DNA of 64,000 nt from Longimicrobiales bacterium (GTDB lineage Bacteria > Gemmatimonadota > Gemmatimonadetes > Longimicrobiales > Gaopeijiaceae). Where the stretch lies: contig OZ250165.1 of NCBI GenBank assembly GCA_965238005.1, positions 4,512,001-4,576,000 on the forward strand, read 5' to 3'. The position numbers were made by a program, and so were the translations under genes. Under the pieces are notes generated by a model that worked only from the letters and a program-made list of their open reading frames with translations, did no database searches and had not been told where the DNA came from. This document shows positions 46,791 through 57,449 of the stretch, in pieces. Every line of letters begins with the position of its first letter. The stretch's first letter is position 1.

Positions 46791-48194
46791 TCAACGGCCC
46801 GGTGGCACCCCCAGCCGCTCCCGAGCCGTTCCCAGCACGGTCTCTGCCGCGAGCGCCGCGCCCAACAACGCCTCGTCCTGCCCGCCCGGGGCCACGAGCT
46901 GAAGCCCGACCGGCATCCCGGCCCGGTCGAGTCCCACCGGGATCGTCACCGCGCACAGTCCGAGCATGCTGACGGGGCAGGTGGGCCTGAGGGCTGCCCC
47001 ATTCGTCTCGACGTAGCGGCCGAGGTCGTCGAGATCCGACACGAGCGGTGGCGTGATGATCGCCGTGGGTAGGGCCAGGACGTCGGCTCTCGCAAACAGT
47101 GTGCTTGCCCGGGCCATCATCCTGTCACGCTCCGCCATCGACTCGGAGTACTTCTCGGACTCCAGGGACGGCGACCCTTCGAGTCTGCGGCCCACGGTCG
47201 GGTGGAGGATCTCCAACCAACCGGGCAGATCCCGCTCGAGGAACGCCAGGCACTCCGCTGGGGCGATGCCTCCGGTCATGTATAGATCTCGTGCCGCGTC
47301 GAGGAGGCTCCCATCCAATTCGGACCGTTCCCAACCGGCCGAGCCGAGCTCGGCCAGGGCCGCGTGAAGGACGTCGGCGACGTCGGCCTGGCAGTCAGAC
47401 CAGATCCCGCAACGAGGCACCGCGATCCGGATGCCGGCCGGGCCTGCTGGCGAGATCTCCCGGAGGAGCTCCTGGGGGTCTCCCCACGCGGGATCGACGG
47501 CGCCGAAGAAGAACACACCGTCCTCGACGGAGCGCGTGAGGCCGCCGACGCTGTCCAGCGTGGTGCTCAGGGGCACGACGCCCGCCACGGACCACCGACC
47601 GAACGTGATCTTGTGGCCGACGGTCCCCGTCATCGTCGCGGGAATGCGGATCGAGCCCCCGGTGTCCGACCCCAGGGCCAGAAGCGCGGACCCGGCCCAC
47701 AGGCTCACGCCGGCGCCACACGACGAGCCGCCGGGGATGCGATGGGCGTCGGCGTCCCAGGGATTCCGGGGGGTACCCCAGTGCGGGTTGATGCCCACGG
47801 CGCCGTAGGCGATCTCGACCATGTGGGTCTTCCCCATGAAGACGGCGCCCTGATCCCGCAATCGGCTCACCAGCCAGGCGTTCTTCTCCCACTGGTCCGG
47901 GAGGCGGCGAGCCGTCCCGGCGAACGTGGGTAGCCCCTGGACCCCGTACAGATCCTTCACCGAGACCGGGATCCCGCAGAAGGGAGGGGGGGCGGGGTCG
48001 GTGGCGAGCTGCTCGTCCGCACTGCGGGCTGCCTCCAGTGTGCCCTCGGGGTCCCAGTGTTTGTAGGCGTGATGGCTCGATCCGGTCGTCTCGTGCCGCC
48101 TTATGGCCTCTTCGGCTAGCTCGAGGGCCGAGAGCTCTCTCTCCCGTAGCGCTTCGGCAACCTTCGCGAGCGGTCGATCCAGAATCTCTATCAT
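46791..48194 (-). CDS. Amidase signature family protein
   Basis: Motifs GIPVSVKDL, PGGSSCG and LGSDTGGSIRIPA. Confidence 0.93.
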   Translation of the reverse strand: MIEILDRPLAKVAEALRERELSALELAEEAIRRHETTGSSHHAYKHWDPEGTLEAARSADEQLATDPAPPPFCGIPVSVKDLYGVQGLPTFAGTARRLPDQWEKNAWLVSRLRDQGAVFMGKTHMVEIAYGAVGINPHWGTPRNPWDADAHRIPGGSSCGAGVSLWAGSALLALGSDTGGSIRIPATMTGTVGHKITFGRWSVAGVVPLSTTLDSVGGLTRSVEDGVFFFGAVDPAWGDPQELLREISPAGPAGIRIAVPRCGIWSDCQADVADVLHAALAELGSAGWERSELDGSLLDAARDLYMTGGIAPAECLAFLERDLPGWLEILHPTVGRRLEGSPSLESEKYSESMAERDRMMARASTLFARADVLALPTAIITPPLVSDLDDLGRYVETNGAALRPTCPVSMLGLCAVTIPVGLDRAGMPVGLQLVAPGGQDEALLGAALAAETVLGTARERLGVPPGR

Positions 48195-48339
48195 GCGGAG
48201 ACGATACGCCGGCGGAGATCGGACGGCGAGTAAGCGGATGAGTATGCTTGCCCGAGAGCTGCTTCTTGCTACCCGCGGATGCCTGTTCTACCGTGCTCCG
48301 CACCCGCTCCTAGCGGTGCCATCGCCCAGGAGGCCGTCC

Positions 48340-49023
48340 ATGACCAAGCGGTACGACCGTCGCACGTTCCTCCGCCGAGCAGCGGCCGCCGGTCTCGTGG
48401 CACCGACCTTCCCGATCCTCGCGTGCGGCCCCGAAGGGACGACACGGGCCGAGGAGGAGGCGATCGCGGACGGGCCCTCCATCACCCGGCCCGTACTGCT
48501 CCCGTGGTCTGCTGACGCGGTGCGCATCTCGGCGCCGATGCACGAGCTGCCGATGGCATATGTGTCCAGAGGACTGCAGCGAGTCTTCGTCGATCACGAG
48601 TTCCGGGGTCGAGTCAACGTGATGTTGGCGGCCCACATATCCGTCAGCTCCGGCCTTTGGCGCATTCCGCTCGTGGGAGATGACCTGGGGGTCCCGATTC
48701 CTACCGACGACGCGCTCCGTGAGTTCGAGGAGGTCGACATCGGCGCATGGGACCCCGATATGGATCCCGTGGAAGGCGACTTCCGGATCGGGCGGGGCCG
48801 GCGCACGCGCGTGAGAGTCGACTTCGACTGTGCACCCATGTCGGGCGGGAACGGGTGGCTCAGTGCCGGGCCCGTTGAGATCGTCCAATGCCAGGCGCCT
48901 GGCGAGGAGCTGTGCCTGGAGGCGTTCATGAGCATCGGAACGGGGACCCACTATTCCCGCAGATACTGCACGGAGCCGGAGGGGGTGGTGCGGCTCGTGA
49001 CCTGGGCGTCTCCGGATCCTTGA
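48340..49023 (+). CDS. Hypothetical Tat-exported lipoprotein
   Basis: GGAGG RBS; DRRTFLRR twin-arginine motif; ILAC lipobox; four further Cys residues. Confidence 0.75.
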   Translation: MTKRYDRRTFLRRAAAAGLVAPTFPILACGPEGTTRAEEEAIADGPSITRPVLLPWSADAVRISAPMHELPMAYVSRGLQRVFVDHEFRGRVNVMLAAHISVSSGLWRIPLVGDDLGVPIPTDDALREFEEVDIGAWDPDMDPVEGDFRIGRGRRTRVRVDFDCAPMSGGNGWLSAGPVEIVQCQAPGEELCLEAFMSIGTGTHYSRRYCTEPEGVVRLVTWASPDP

Positions 49024-49131
49024 TAGGCTATGTGCTCTCCTGGCGGGTGGGGAGTCGCAAGTGAAGTGACTTCGGGTTAGGGCGGCGAAGGCTCGAGCAC
49101 GCTGCGACCACCGTACTTCTTCAACAGGCCT

Positions 49132-50430
49132 CTAGAGCACGAGAAGGTGGTACCCAAGCCCCAGCCCGGCCGCCGTAGCCAGCGTCGTTATCATCCCTGC
49201 CCTGTAGCGTAGCATGGCGAGAGCAGCACCGAGTGCGAGTGCCAGGGCCGGCAAGTCGATGGTCTGGAGCGCAGGGACCAGGAGCCGCAGAGGTCCGGGC
49301 TCCACGGTGGCTACCTCCGCGAACAGGGTGTGGAGGGAGAATCATACGGCGAGGTTCAGGATCACTCCCACGATGGCTGCGGTTATGGCTTCGAGGGCAG
49401 TCTGCAAACCGGGCCGTCCTCGCAGGTGCTCCGCGAATGGAGCTCCTACGAAGATGAACAGGAAGCACGGGGCGAAGGTGACCCAAGCCGTGACCAGGGA
49501 CCCCAGGGCGCCGGCCGCCAACGGAGACAGCATTCCGGCGTGCCGATAGGCGCCCATGAACCCCACGAACTGAACCACCTGAATGAGTGGCCCCGGCGTC
49601 GTCTCCGCCATCCCCAACCCGTCGAGCATCTCATCGGGGGCCAGCCACTGATACACGTCGACGGCCTGCTGGGCGATGTAGGCCAGCACCGCGTACGCAC
49701 CGCCGAACGTCACGACGGCTGCCTTGCTGAAGAAGACCGCCTCGGCCACGAAGACGCTCGCCGTGCCGAACAGCAGCGCCAACAAGACGACGGGCGCGAA
49801 CCAGACGGCGAGCCACAAGGTCGCAGTTCGGGCGGCGGCCATCAGGGATGGGGCCCGCTGGCCCCTCGCCTCGGTAGGAATCGTGGAGCGGCCCCCCAGG
49901 TAGCCCACCAGGGCCGCCACAAGGACGATGAGCGGAAAGGGAACGTCGAAGAAGAAGATCGCGACGAACGCGGCCGCCGCGATGGCCCAGTGCCCCGGCG
50001 CCTTCAGGGTGCGGCGCCCGATGCGGACCAGGGCTGACACCACGACCGCCATCACCGCCGGCTTGAGGCCGTAGAAGACGCCAGCGACCAAGGGAGCGTC
50101 CCGGAGCTCGGCGTAGAGCACGCTGAGCGCGAAGATCGAGACGAAGCCGGGCAGGATGAACAGCGACCCGGCCACGAGCCCGCCGCGGGCACCGTGGAGG
50201 AGCCAGCCCAGATACGTGGCGAGCTGCTGGGCCTCCGGTCCCGGGAGTAGCATGCAGTAGCTCATGGCGTGCAGAAACCGCTCCTCGCCCACCCACTGCC
50301 GCTCTTCCACCACCAGGCGGTGCATCACCGCGATCTGGCCGGCCGGCCCACCGAAGCTCAGGAGCGCTACCCGAATCCAGGTGGGAAGGGCGGCGCGCAA
50401 GGGAACGGACTGCACATCGGTTGTGGGCAT
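49132..50430 (-). pseudogene. chrA: Chromate efflux transporter with a premature stop and a frameshift
   Basis: Motifs SFGGPAGQI, LPGPEAQQ, TFGGAYAVL and ETTPGP. LNLAV*FSLHTLF has TGA at the expected Trp (49342-49344), and there is a 1-nt shift near 49195. Confidence 0.88.
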
Positions 50431-50435
50431 ATCCG

Positions 50436-51190
50436 TCAGCAAGCTGCCGTCCGAAAGTGCTCGTACAGGTCGTCGAGCATGGCGACGCCTCGATCGAGAT
50501 GTGCTTCGTCGTCGTCGTGGGCTCTGGTGATGCCGTGGATCAGCGATGCGACGCCCATGACCTCCGCCCGCCCGGACTTGTCGTCCTTGCAATCGATGTC
50601 GTGGACGATCTGCCCCAGCGCCACCAGGGCCGGGCCGTCCAGACCGAACTCAGCCAAGAGCGCCTCGAATGTGCAGGCTCCTCCGACGTGTGTGTACTCG
50701 CCCTCGAACATGTCGAACCGGAGCTCTCGCCCTCCTCCGGTTCGTAGCCCCGCGCGGGCACGAACTTGAACCGCGCCGCGGCGTCGAGGAAGCGTCGGAT
50801 GAGCGAGGCGCTGGCGATCCGGTCGACCGTGATACCGTTACGGGTCACCCATGTCCTCCCGGTCGGAAGCTCTTGCCCCGATGTGGTCCCTTCTCCGACG
50901 GGTTGCTCCGCCGTAGATCGCACGGAGTCCTGTAGGCGCAGGAGTGCACCCTGCGTCGCCGCCCGGCCCGGTGCACCGAAAAAGTCCATGGACATCACCT
51001 CCTCGAGCCGACGCTCGATCTTGCTCGTCTTCGTGCGAAGCGAGCCGAGGGATCGATCATCGCCCGTGTCCGAGCCCAGTTGCTCCGTCAGGGCGCGTGC
51101 GGAGTCCACCACGTCGCGGTAGTCGGCCTCCCCCGCCTCGCCGAATTGCTTGACGAGACGAGCGTCTGTCGTGCGGGAGTCGGGTGTGGG
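50436..51190 (-). pseudogene. chrB: Chromate resistance protein ChrB, frameshifted and 5'-truncated
   Basis: WVTR...VDRIASASLIRRFLD..ARFKFV in one frame; FDMF..EYTHVG..CTFE..IVHDID in another (shift near 50725); N-terminus missing. Confidence 0.85.
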
Positions 51191-51198
51191 CGTGTCCG

Positions 51199-51606
51199 TC
51201 AACTTCGCCGACTGAGTGCGTGAGGTGCCCGCCCGGAAAGCCACTCGTCGATGTGATCGGCGTTGATGCGTCGGCATAGGATGCCGTGATACCCGGGGCT
51301 CCGCATCTCCACGCCGATGAGTCCCAGCGTCAGAGGGGTCAAAATGGCCATGATCCGCCACCAATCGATGTCTCCCGTGAAGATCCAGCCGACCAACAGC
51401 ACCAGGAAGGCCCCCGTCCAAGTCAACTCGAAGGCCCGTCTAATGCGGAAGACGTTGCAGAAGAGGAAGAAGTGGACGGGGACGACGATGAAGACTCCCA
51501 CCATGGGGCCGAGGAGATCTTTGAGGAGCCAGCCGGCGATGGCTAGCCCCACGATGAAGACGCCATCGGTCGCAGAGAAGTAGAACCCGCATGTGCGCGC
51601 CTTCAT
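51199..51606 (-). CDS. Hypothetical membrane protein
   Basis: Four hydrophobic segments; HFFLFCNVFRIRR motif. Confidence 0.75.
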   Translation of the reverse strand: MKARTCGFYFSATDGVFIVGLAIAGWLLKDLLGPMVGVFIVVPVHFFLFCNVFRIRRAFELTWTGAFLVLLVGWIFTGDIDWWRIMAILTPLTLGLIGVEMRSPGYHGILCRRINADHIDEWLSGRAPHALSRRS

Positions 51607-51617
51607 GAGTGTTGTCG

Positions 51618-52520
51618 CTAGACGTTGAAGTCGGCTCGAAGGACAGCCCCGTCCGGTGCCACCAACACCCGAAGTTCGCCGAACCGTCCGCCGAAGTTCC
51701 GCGTGCGCAGGTCCTTACAGAGAACCTCCGTCCCGTCCGGCCCTGCCGTCGCCTCGACGACATGATAGGCGGCTGACAGGCTCCGCATCAGTCGGTATTC
51801 GGGTAGCTCCTCCAAGACGAGGGACCAGGCGTCGTCGAGAACCTCATGCCTACGCTCCTCCGTGAGCTCGCCCGAGCGGGCATCCAGCTTGAAGAGTCGC
51901 ACCATGGCTCCCTCTTCGGCCGTGCCGAGGAATTTCCAAGGGAGGAGAGCGCTGGGAACCAGCGCGACAGTTCCGGCCGGGGCGAGCCGACCGGCGCGGC
52001 CGCGCATCAGGGCCTTTGCCAGCCAGTAGATGGCGAGGATGGTCGCGTAGGCCATGGGCAACGGCCAGGTCACGTCATGGCCTCGATACCACATCAAGCC
52101 GACGTATCCGGCTACGGGGATCGAGACGGCGAGTACGAACGCGTCGATGAAGAAGACCCAGTCCAAGGACGAGCGGCGGTGAGAGAATGGGGCCAGCACG
52201 GTGATCCCGTACGTATTCGTCACGTCCATGTAACTGTGAAGGAGCATGGCCAGCACGAGAGCGAGGGGCGCGTAGGGTGCTCGAACGTCGGTAGCGGCGA
52301 GGGCGGCTCCGGCTGCGATGCCAATGGCGACAATAACCGGCGTCGAGTGGGTGTACGTTTGATGTGCCTGGAGGAAGGCGCGTTTGCCAAAGAGTCGGCT
52401 CGTGGCGTCGAGGTCGGGCAGCACGGACCCCAGCATGAACGCGGCGGCGGCCTCCGGATGAGTGGGTGCTACCGGGCTCGCCAGCACCAATCCAATCATC
52501 GCGTGCGTTACTACGTCCAT
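51618..52520 (-). CDS. Metal-dependent hydrolase (YdjM-like membrane family)
   Basis: Motifs MDVVTH, LPDLD, HQTYTHS and HSYMDVTNTYG. Confidence 0.85.
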   Translation of the reverse strand: MDVVTHAMIGLVLASPVAPTHPEAAAAFMLGSVLPDLDATSRLFGKRAFLQAHQTYTHSTPVIVAIGIAAGAALAATDVRAPYAPLALVLAMLLHSYMDVTNTYGITVLAPFSHRRSSLDWVFFIDAFVLAVSIPVAGYVGLMWYRGHDVTWPLPMAYATILAIYWLAKALMRGRAGRLAPAGTVALVPSALLPWKFLGTAEEGAMVRLFKLDARSGELTEERRHEVLDDAWSLVLEELPEYRLMRSLSAAYHVVEATAGPDGTEVLCKDLRTRNFGGRFGELRVLVAPDGAVLRADFNV

Positions 52521-52566
52521 GCCGCCTCAGCGTTCAGTGCCACAAACCTCTAGACCGCCGGCTTGC

Positions 52567-54015
52567 CTACCGGCTATCCGACACGGTCTGGATCGCCTTC
52601 AGCACTTCTCTCGTCAGATCCCAGCGGTTGAAACCCTGCCGCCCAAAGTCCAAACCGCGGCGTACGATGACGAGGTCGTGGGAGGGCACCACGACGACGT
52701 ACTGACCCCGGTTGCCGGATGTCGAGTAGGCGGTCTTCGGCACGTCGGTACGGTTGTCGGGCACGAGCCACCACTGGCCGCCGTACTGGTTGCCGCGCTC
52801 CGCGGTGGCGGGAGCCGGGGTGCGAGTGAAGTCGATCCACTCCTCCGAGAGAAGCCGCTCGCCGTTCCAGACGCCGTTCTGTAGGTAGAGCATGCCGAAG
52901 CGGGCGAGGTCGCGCGCGTTCGTGTAGACCTGGCTGCTCAGGATGAAATCTCCGAAGCGATCCACGCTCACGAGCGTATTGCGCATGCCGACGCGATCGA
53001 GCAGAGCGCGGCGCGGGTACTCCAGGTACGCCTGGTCGTTGCCGATGGCCAGCTTCATGGCATAGACGCCCAGCAGCGTGTCGTAGTTCTCGTAGTTCCA
53101 GTAAGTGCCCGGCTCCCGGAAGAGCGCACGGCTCCGCGCGCCCCGGATCGAGCTCGCGCCGGCCCAGTAGGCCAAGCCTGAGCCGGTAGCATACTCGAGG
53201 CCGAAGTCGTCCACCGGGTACAGACCGCTCGACATGTTCAAGACGTGCCGGAGCGTGATGGCCGTCCGGGGATCGGTCTCGGGAGATTGGGCCCTCGGGA
53301 GCCACTCGAATCCGAGAGGCTCGTCCAGCGCCATACGCCCCTCGTCGACCAGCATCCCCATCAGCGTGACGGCGATGCTCTTGGCCGTGGACCACGTTCG
53401 GGTCCTGGTCGCGACGTCGACGCCGGGGGCGTAGCGCTCATGGATGATCCGGCCGCGGTGGACCACGAGGAGGCTGAGAGTGACCTGCTCCGGGGACTCG
53501 CGGTCGAAGGCCCAGTCTGATGCCCTCTGCAGGGCGGGAGTATCCACGCCGGGCGGAAGAGAGTGGCCGTCGATCAGGTCACCGTCGGGCCACGCCATGG
53601 TTGCCGGGTCGCCCTTCGGCGGCGGCATATCGAGCGTCGGCAAGCTCTCGATATCCTCGAAGGTCTGATCCGGCGCCATGATGACGCAGCCGATCCCTTC
53701 GCGGAACGCCGCTCGCATGGGCGGAGTCCCTCCCGGCGCCCCGATGGCCACAGCCCGGCGCTCCCGATCGACGACGTAGTCCCCGCCGCGTGGCGTTCCG
53801 ACCGGCTGTCGCAGATAGGCCAGCTCCTGATCGAAAACCTGCTCGAGGGTCCGGTTGGACGTGAACAGGCCGTTGCAGATCAAGATGGCCTGTTGGCCAT
53901 GCCGGATCATGTCCCGGTTGAATCGCCAATAGTCGTACGATTCCTCCTGCAGGGCGCTGGCGTAGGTTGGGAGAAGGAGCGCGAGAGCGACGGTTGGGAT
54001 TAGACGACGACTCAT
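52567..54015 (-). CDS. Exported serine hydrolase (beta-lactamase/penicillin-binding superfamily)
   Basis: Signal peptide from the ATG at 54015; WSTAKS (SxxK), LNMSSG, YEN and ARDLARFG. Confidence 0.9.
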   Translation of the reverse strand: MSRRLIPTVALALLLPTYASALQEESYDYWRFNRDMIRHGQQAILICNGLFTSNRTLEQVFDQELAYLRQPVGTPRGGDYVVDRERRAVAIGAPGGTPPMRAAFREGIGCVIMAPDQTFEDIESLPTLDMPPPKGDPATMAWPDGDLIDGHSLPPGVDTPALQRASDWAFDRESPEQVTLSLLVVHRGRIIHERYAPGVDVATRTRTWSTAKSIAVTLMGMLVDEGRMALDEPLGFEWLPRAQSPETDPRTAITLRHVLNMSSGLYPVDDFGLEYATGSGLAYWAGASSIRGARSRALFREPGTYWNYENYDTLLGVYAMKLAIGNDQAYLEYPRRALLDRVGMRNTLVSVDRFGDFILSSQVYTNARDLARFGMLYLQNGVWNGERLLSEEWIDFTRTPAPATAERGNQYGGQWWLVPDNRTDVPKTAYSTSGNRGQYVVVVPSHDLVIVRRGLDFGRQGFNRWDLTREVLKAIQTVSDSR

Positions 54016-54200
54016 GGGTAACTCCCTTCGAACGGTCACGAAGCGTGACCACCGCTGTTGCATCCGGATCGGATTGATGATACGAACTTCCACTTGGGAC
54101 GCGCGAGTCGAAGGGCTCGCCTTTGAGCTGGTCTGTCGCAACCGGGCCGGGAGCACGCGGTGGCGAACTTCATGAGAGGGCTGCGTGGCGTGACGCGTGG

Positions 54201-54545
54201 ATGATCCTTGCACTTGCCATGGTCGTCCTCTGGTACACCGCCAGCAGTGGACGCGGCTACGTGCTACGGGTCGACTTCACCTTCCTGCCGGAGGCCATTG
54301 GAGCGGAGGTCGTGGTCGACGGTGAGGTCGTCGATACCCTGAAGATACTGCGGCGACAGCTCATCAACGGAATTCGAGTCTCGAACGGCGAGCACGTGGT
54401 GGTGATTCGGTCCGAGGACTGTGGCGGTCGTCCCCTGACCGTGGTCCCCGGCCCACGGGAGAAGGCCGTCTCGGTCTTCGTACACCTCAACGAGCAGACC
54501 GTGGAGAATCGGTTCGTCTGCAGGTTTGCGATGAGGAGGAGGTGA
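54201..54545 (+). CDS. Hypothetical exported protein (PEGA-like beta fold)
   Basis: Hydrophobic N-terminus; GAEVVVDG...GEHVVVI; start uncertain. Confidence 0.55.
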   Translation: MILALAMVVLWYTASSGRGYVLRVDFTFLPEAIGAEVVVDGEVVDTLKILRRQLINGIRVSNGEHVVVIRSEDCGGRPLTVVPGPREKAVSVFVHLNEQTVENRFVCRFAMRRR

Positions 54546-54639
54546 AGGGCGAGCGGTGACCGTCGGCCCGTCGAGTCAGACGGCGGGGAAGGGCGGCCTG
54601 CGTGCGGTGGCGAGGCTCGACAGCGAGGGCCGCTGCGAG

Positions 54640-54846
54640 TCAGGCCTCCGCTTCGTTGCGGGACCGGTAGAAGCGCCTGACCAGGTAGACCCCTACGCCT
54701 AGGGCGAGCAGGGCCAGTGAGATCTTGAGGCCGAGGACGAGCATTCCGAGGAGCCACGCCACTACGGGCTCCATGATGATCTTGAGGATCTCCAACAAGA
54801 TCAGACCCAAGAGGCCGGTAAGCGCCACCGGCGCAAGCGCCCTCAT
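54640..54846 (-). CDS. Small hypothetical membrane protein
   Basis: GGAGGA RBS before the ATG at 54846; two TM helices. Confidence 0.7.
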   Translation of the reverse strand: MRALAPVALTGLLGLILLEILKIIMEPVVAWLLGMLVLGLKISLALLALGVGVYLVRRFYRSRNEAEA

Positions 54847-55071
54847 CCGTTCATCCTCCAGCTGTACACGATCGGTCCACTCTGGACGGGAGTCGTCCAT
54901 GACGTGTCGGGCCCTACGGATAATCTAAAGTACCGGTTTCAGATCGTGCGAGTCGGCGCAGCGTTCCGCTTGACGACGACGCCGGCGGCAGGCCTGCGCT
55001 CTGCTCGACTCCGGACACGCTCGTCTCGCCGGCCGGGTTCGACCCTTGGCAAGATGCTGGCCCCCATGCCC

Positions 55072-57393
55072 CTAGAGCCGATACGTGTAGTTCAGCTTCA
55101 CGCTCGCGCCCCGGGAGAGTGTCAGGAACTCCCGGTCCTCGTCGAACAGCCCGTCACCCAGGCTCTGCCAGTTCTGCGTGAACACGAGGAAGAGCTCATT
55201 CCCGGGCGCGAGGATCCACCGCGTCCGCATGAAGAGCCCCACGACTTCGGTGACGTCGTCGTATTGGATGTTGCCCGTTACGGACGCAAGGGGAGTGATG
55301 TTCCACTCGCCGGCTACCCGGAAGAGGTTCGCGTCGAATGATCCCTGGGGTAGATCCACGTTGTTGTTCTCGACGTCGACCGAGAGGAGGATCCCGGGCG
55401 ACGGTCGGAGGTCCAGGCCGATCTCCAACTGGGTCCGGTCTCCGCTCCAAAAGCCGCCTCGGCGGACCTCGACCCTCCCGGAGACGACTCGGTGGCTCGC
55501 CGCTCGAGCCATGAACGTCCACTCCCAGTTCGTGTAGTTGCCCTCTTCGACGAAGATTCCATCGCTGATCTCGAACTCGTTGTCGAGGTACTCGAACTGG
55601 CGCTGGAGGTCGATGTCGAAGTTGTCTTGGCTCTCGAGATCGACGCCGAAGATCTTGAAGCGCCACTGCCGCTCTTCGGCGATGCCGGTGTCGATGTCCT
55701 CCAGGTGCCGGAACTGCACCGAGAAGTCGAATCTGCGGATCCAGTCGATGTTGGGCCTCGGCCGCCAACCGATCCTGGGCTCGACGCGGCGGAAGCCGTT
55801 CCGGGTGACGAACCCCACGGCGGGGCTGTAGTCGTCTCCGAACTCACGGTAGGAGAGGTGTGCCGACCAGACGTCGTTCGGGTAACTCATCCGGATGCCG
55901 CGGGCGGAGAGATCCGACAGCGAGCGCTCGACGTCCCGATCCGGGTTGGAGTTCCAGACGGTAAACGCCTGAAGGGTCAAGTTCTTGTCGCCGAAGAGCC
56001 GAGACGTGGTGTAGTAGAGGTCGGTCCCTACCGTGTGCCGGTCCTCGGGGGCCAGCGCCGTTGGATCGGTGGGGTCGGCCCCGGTGGAGCGACGCGTGTA
56101 AATGGCCCCGATGGTGGATTGCTCGAAGATGCCCCGCTTGACCCGGGCCACCGTGAACTGCTCCCCGGCGAAGGTGCCGCCGTCCACATCCGCAGACTCG
56201 AGCTCCGCTGTGTTCACGTGGATGAATCCGAGCTCGTATCTGCCGGCCTGGCCCCCGAGCCTGGCCGCGTAGTTGAGCGGGATCTGCTCGCCCTCGAGCA
56301 GTCCGATACGCCGGCTGAAGTAGGGCTCGGCCCCGTTGCTCGGCGCGAAGGTGAAGGCGCCCGATCCCTCGAGGAAGAAGTCGCGCCGCTCCGGGAAGCG
56401 GAGTGGAAAGCGAGTGAGGTTTAGGCGCCGCTGGTCCACCTCCGCTTCGGCGAAGTCCGTATTCACGCTCACGCCGGCCCTCAGGCTCGGCGTGATGTTG
56501 TAGTTGATGTCGAGACCGACGTCGCTCCGGTACGTGGTCGGGTCGGCCTCTTCCGGCACGTTCCTCCAGTTCGTCACCGCGTAGGGAACCGCCTCGAGTC
56601 CGATTCCCTGCGACATTCCCCGGAGGCTGGTGAGCCGGCCGGCGTGTACGGGTTGGCGGAGGCTTTGGTTGCGCCGATACCCTCGCCAGAGGATCTCCTC
56701 GTTCTTGCGGCGGATCGTGCGCTGGAAGTTGATTCCCCAGGTGTCCGAGGCCGGGTCGAAGTTCAGCGTGCGGAAGGGGATCTGGATCTCCAACGACCAG
56801 CCGTCGGGTCGAATGAACGTCTTGACCTGCCAGATTCCGTCCCACGCCCGGCTGGATCCGCCGCCCCCCCCACCGGAGCCCCCGCCCCCGCCCCCGCGAC
56901 CGCCGCTCCCCCCGGCGATCAGGGCATCGCCCATCACCCCTGTGGCATTGGTCTCGAAGAAGTAGCCGGTGCGACCGTCCCGGAAGGTGTCCAGAATCCA
57001 CATGAAACGGTCGTCGGTGCTCAGAAAACCATCCCGTCGCTTCTGGAACGCCAGGATCCCCTCGGGATCGTCGTAGAGGATGGCTCCGATGTAGATCGCA
57101 TCCTCGTCGTAGACGACCCGGATTTCCGTCCGCTCCGACGGCGTCCCGCCCTCCACGGGCTCTTGCTGGGTGAAGTCGGTGATGGGGATGGCCCGCTCCC
57201 ACGCCTCCTCGTCGAGGCGCCCGTCCACGTCGATGTCGGCGCCGCTCTCGAGTCGAAGCGCGATGAGATCGACAGGCTCGACGTCGCTCACCCCGTGGAC
57301 GGGGTTTTGGGCCGAGAGGGGAACGCGGCCGCCGAGAAGCGCAACGGTGAGGAGTGTTCCTTGGGTCAGGGTTCGAACCAGGTTCGCGGCCAT
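55072..57393 (-). CDS. DUF5916 / CBM9-like domain exported protein
   Basis: Motifs DGRLDEEAW, FTQQEP, TEIRVVYD, NTDFAEAEVD and FPERRDFFLEG; C-terminal YTYRL. Confidence 0.88.
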   Translation of the reverse strand: MAANLVRTLTQGTLLTVALLGGRVPLSAQNPVHGVSDVEPVDLIALRLESGADIDVDGRLDEEAWERAIPITDFTQQEPVEGGTPSERTEIRVVYDEDAIYIGAILYDDPEGILAFQKRRDGFLSTDDRFMWILDTFRDGRTGYFFETNATGVMGDALIAGGSGGRGGGGGGSGGGGGGSSRAWDGIWQVKTFIRPDGWSLEIQIPFRTLNFDPASDTWGINFQRTIRRKNEEILWRGYRRNQSLRQPVHAGRLTSLRGMSQGIGLEAVPYAVTNWRNVPEEADPTTYRSDVGLDINYNITPSLRAGVSVNTDFAEAEVDQRRLNLTRFPLRFPERRDFFLEGSGAFTFAPSNGAEPYFSRRIGLLEGEQIPLNYAARLGGQAGRYELGFIHVNTAELESADVDGGTFAGEQFTVARVKRGIFEQSTIGAIYTRRSTGADPTDPTALAPEDRHTVGTDLYYTTSRLFGDKNLTLQAFTVWNSNPDRDVERSLSDLSARGIRMSYPNDVWSAHLSYREFGDDYSPAVGFVTRNGFRRVEPRIGWRPRPNIDWIRRFDFSVQFRHLEDIDTGIAEERQWRFKIFGVDLESQDNFDIDLQRQFEYLDNEFEISDGIFVEEGNYTNWEWTFMARAASHRVVSGRVEVRRGGFWSGDRTQLEIGLDLRPSPGILLSVDVENNNVDLPQGSFDANLFRVAGEWNITPLASVTGNIQYDDVTEVVGLFMRTRWILAPGNELFLVFTQNWQSLGDGLFDEDREFLTLSRGASVKLNYTYRL

Positions 57394-57403
57394 GCAGATC
57401 AAC

Positions 57404-57449
57404 TCATGTCGGGAAACGGGGGCCTGTCATGTTGGGAAACAGGGGCCTG
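57404..57449. repeat. 23-bp tandem duplication
   Basis: TCATGTCGGGAAACGGGGGCCTG / TCATGTTGGGAAACAGGGGCCTG (2 mismatches). Confidence 0.85.

Noticed and set aside
49342..49344. TGA in chrA as recoded Trp or Sec
   Set aside because: TGA is used as a normal stop throughout the window, and the operon carries other inactivating lesions.
57374..57386. CGAAC-CAG-GTTCG as a second LexA-like box
   Set aside because: The spacer is 3 nt rather than 4, and it lies inside a coding sequence.
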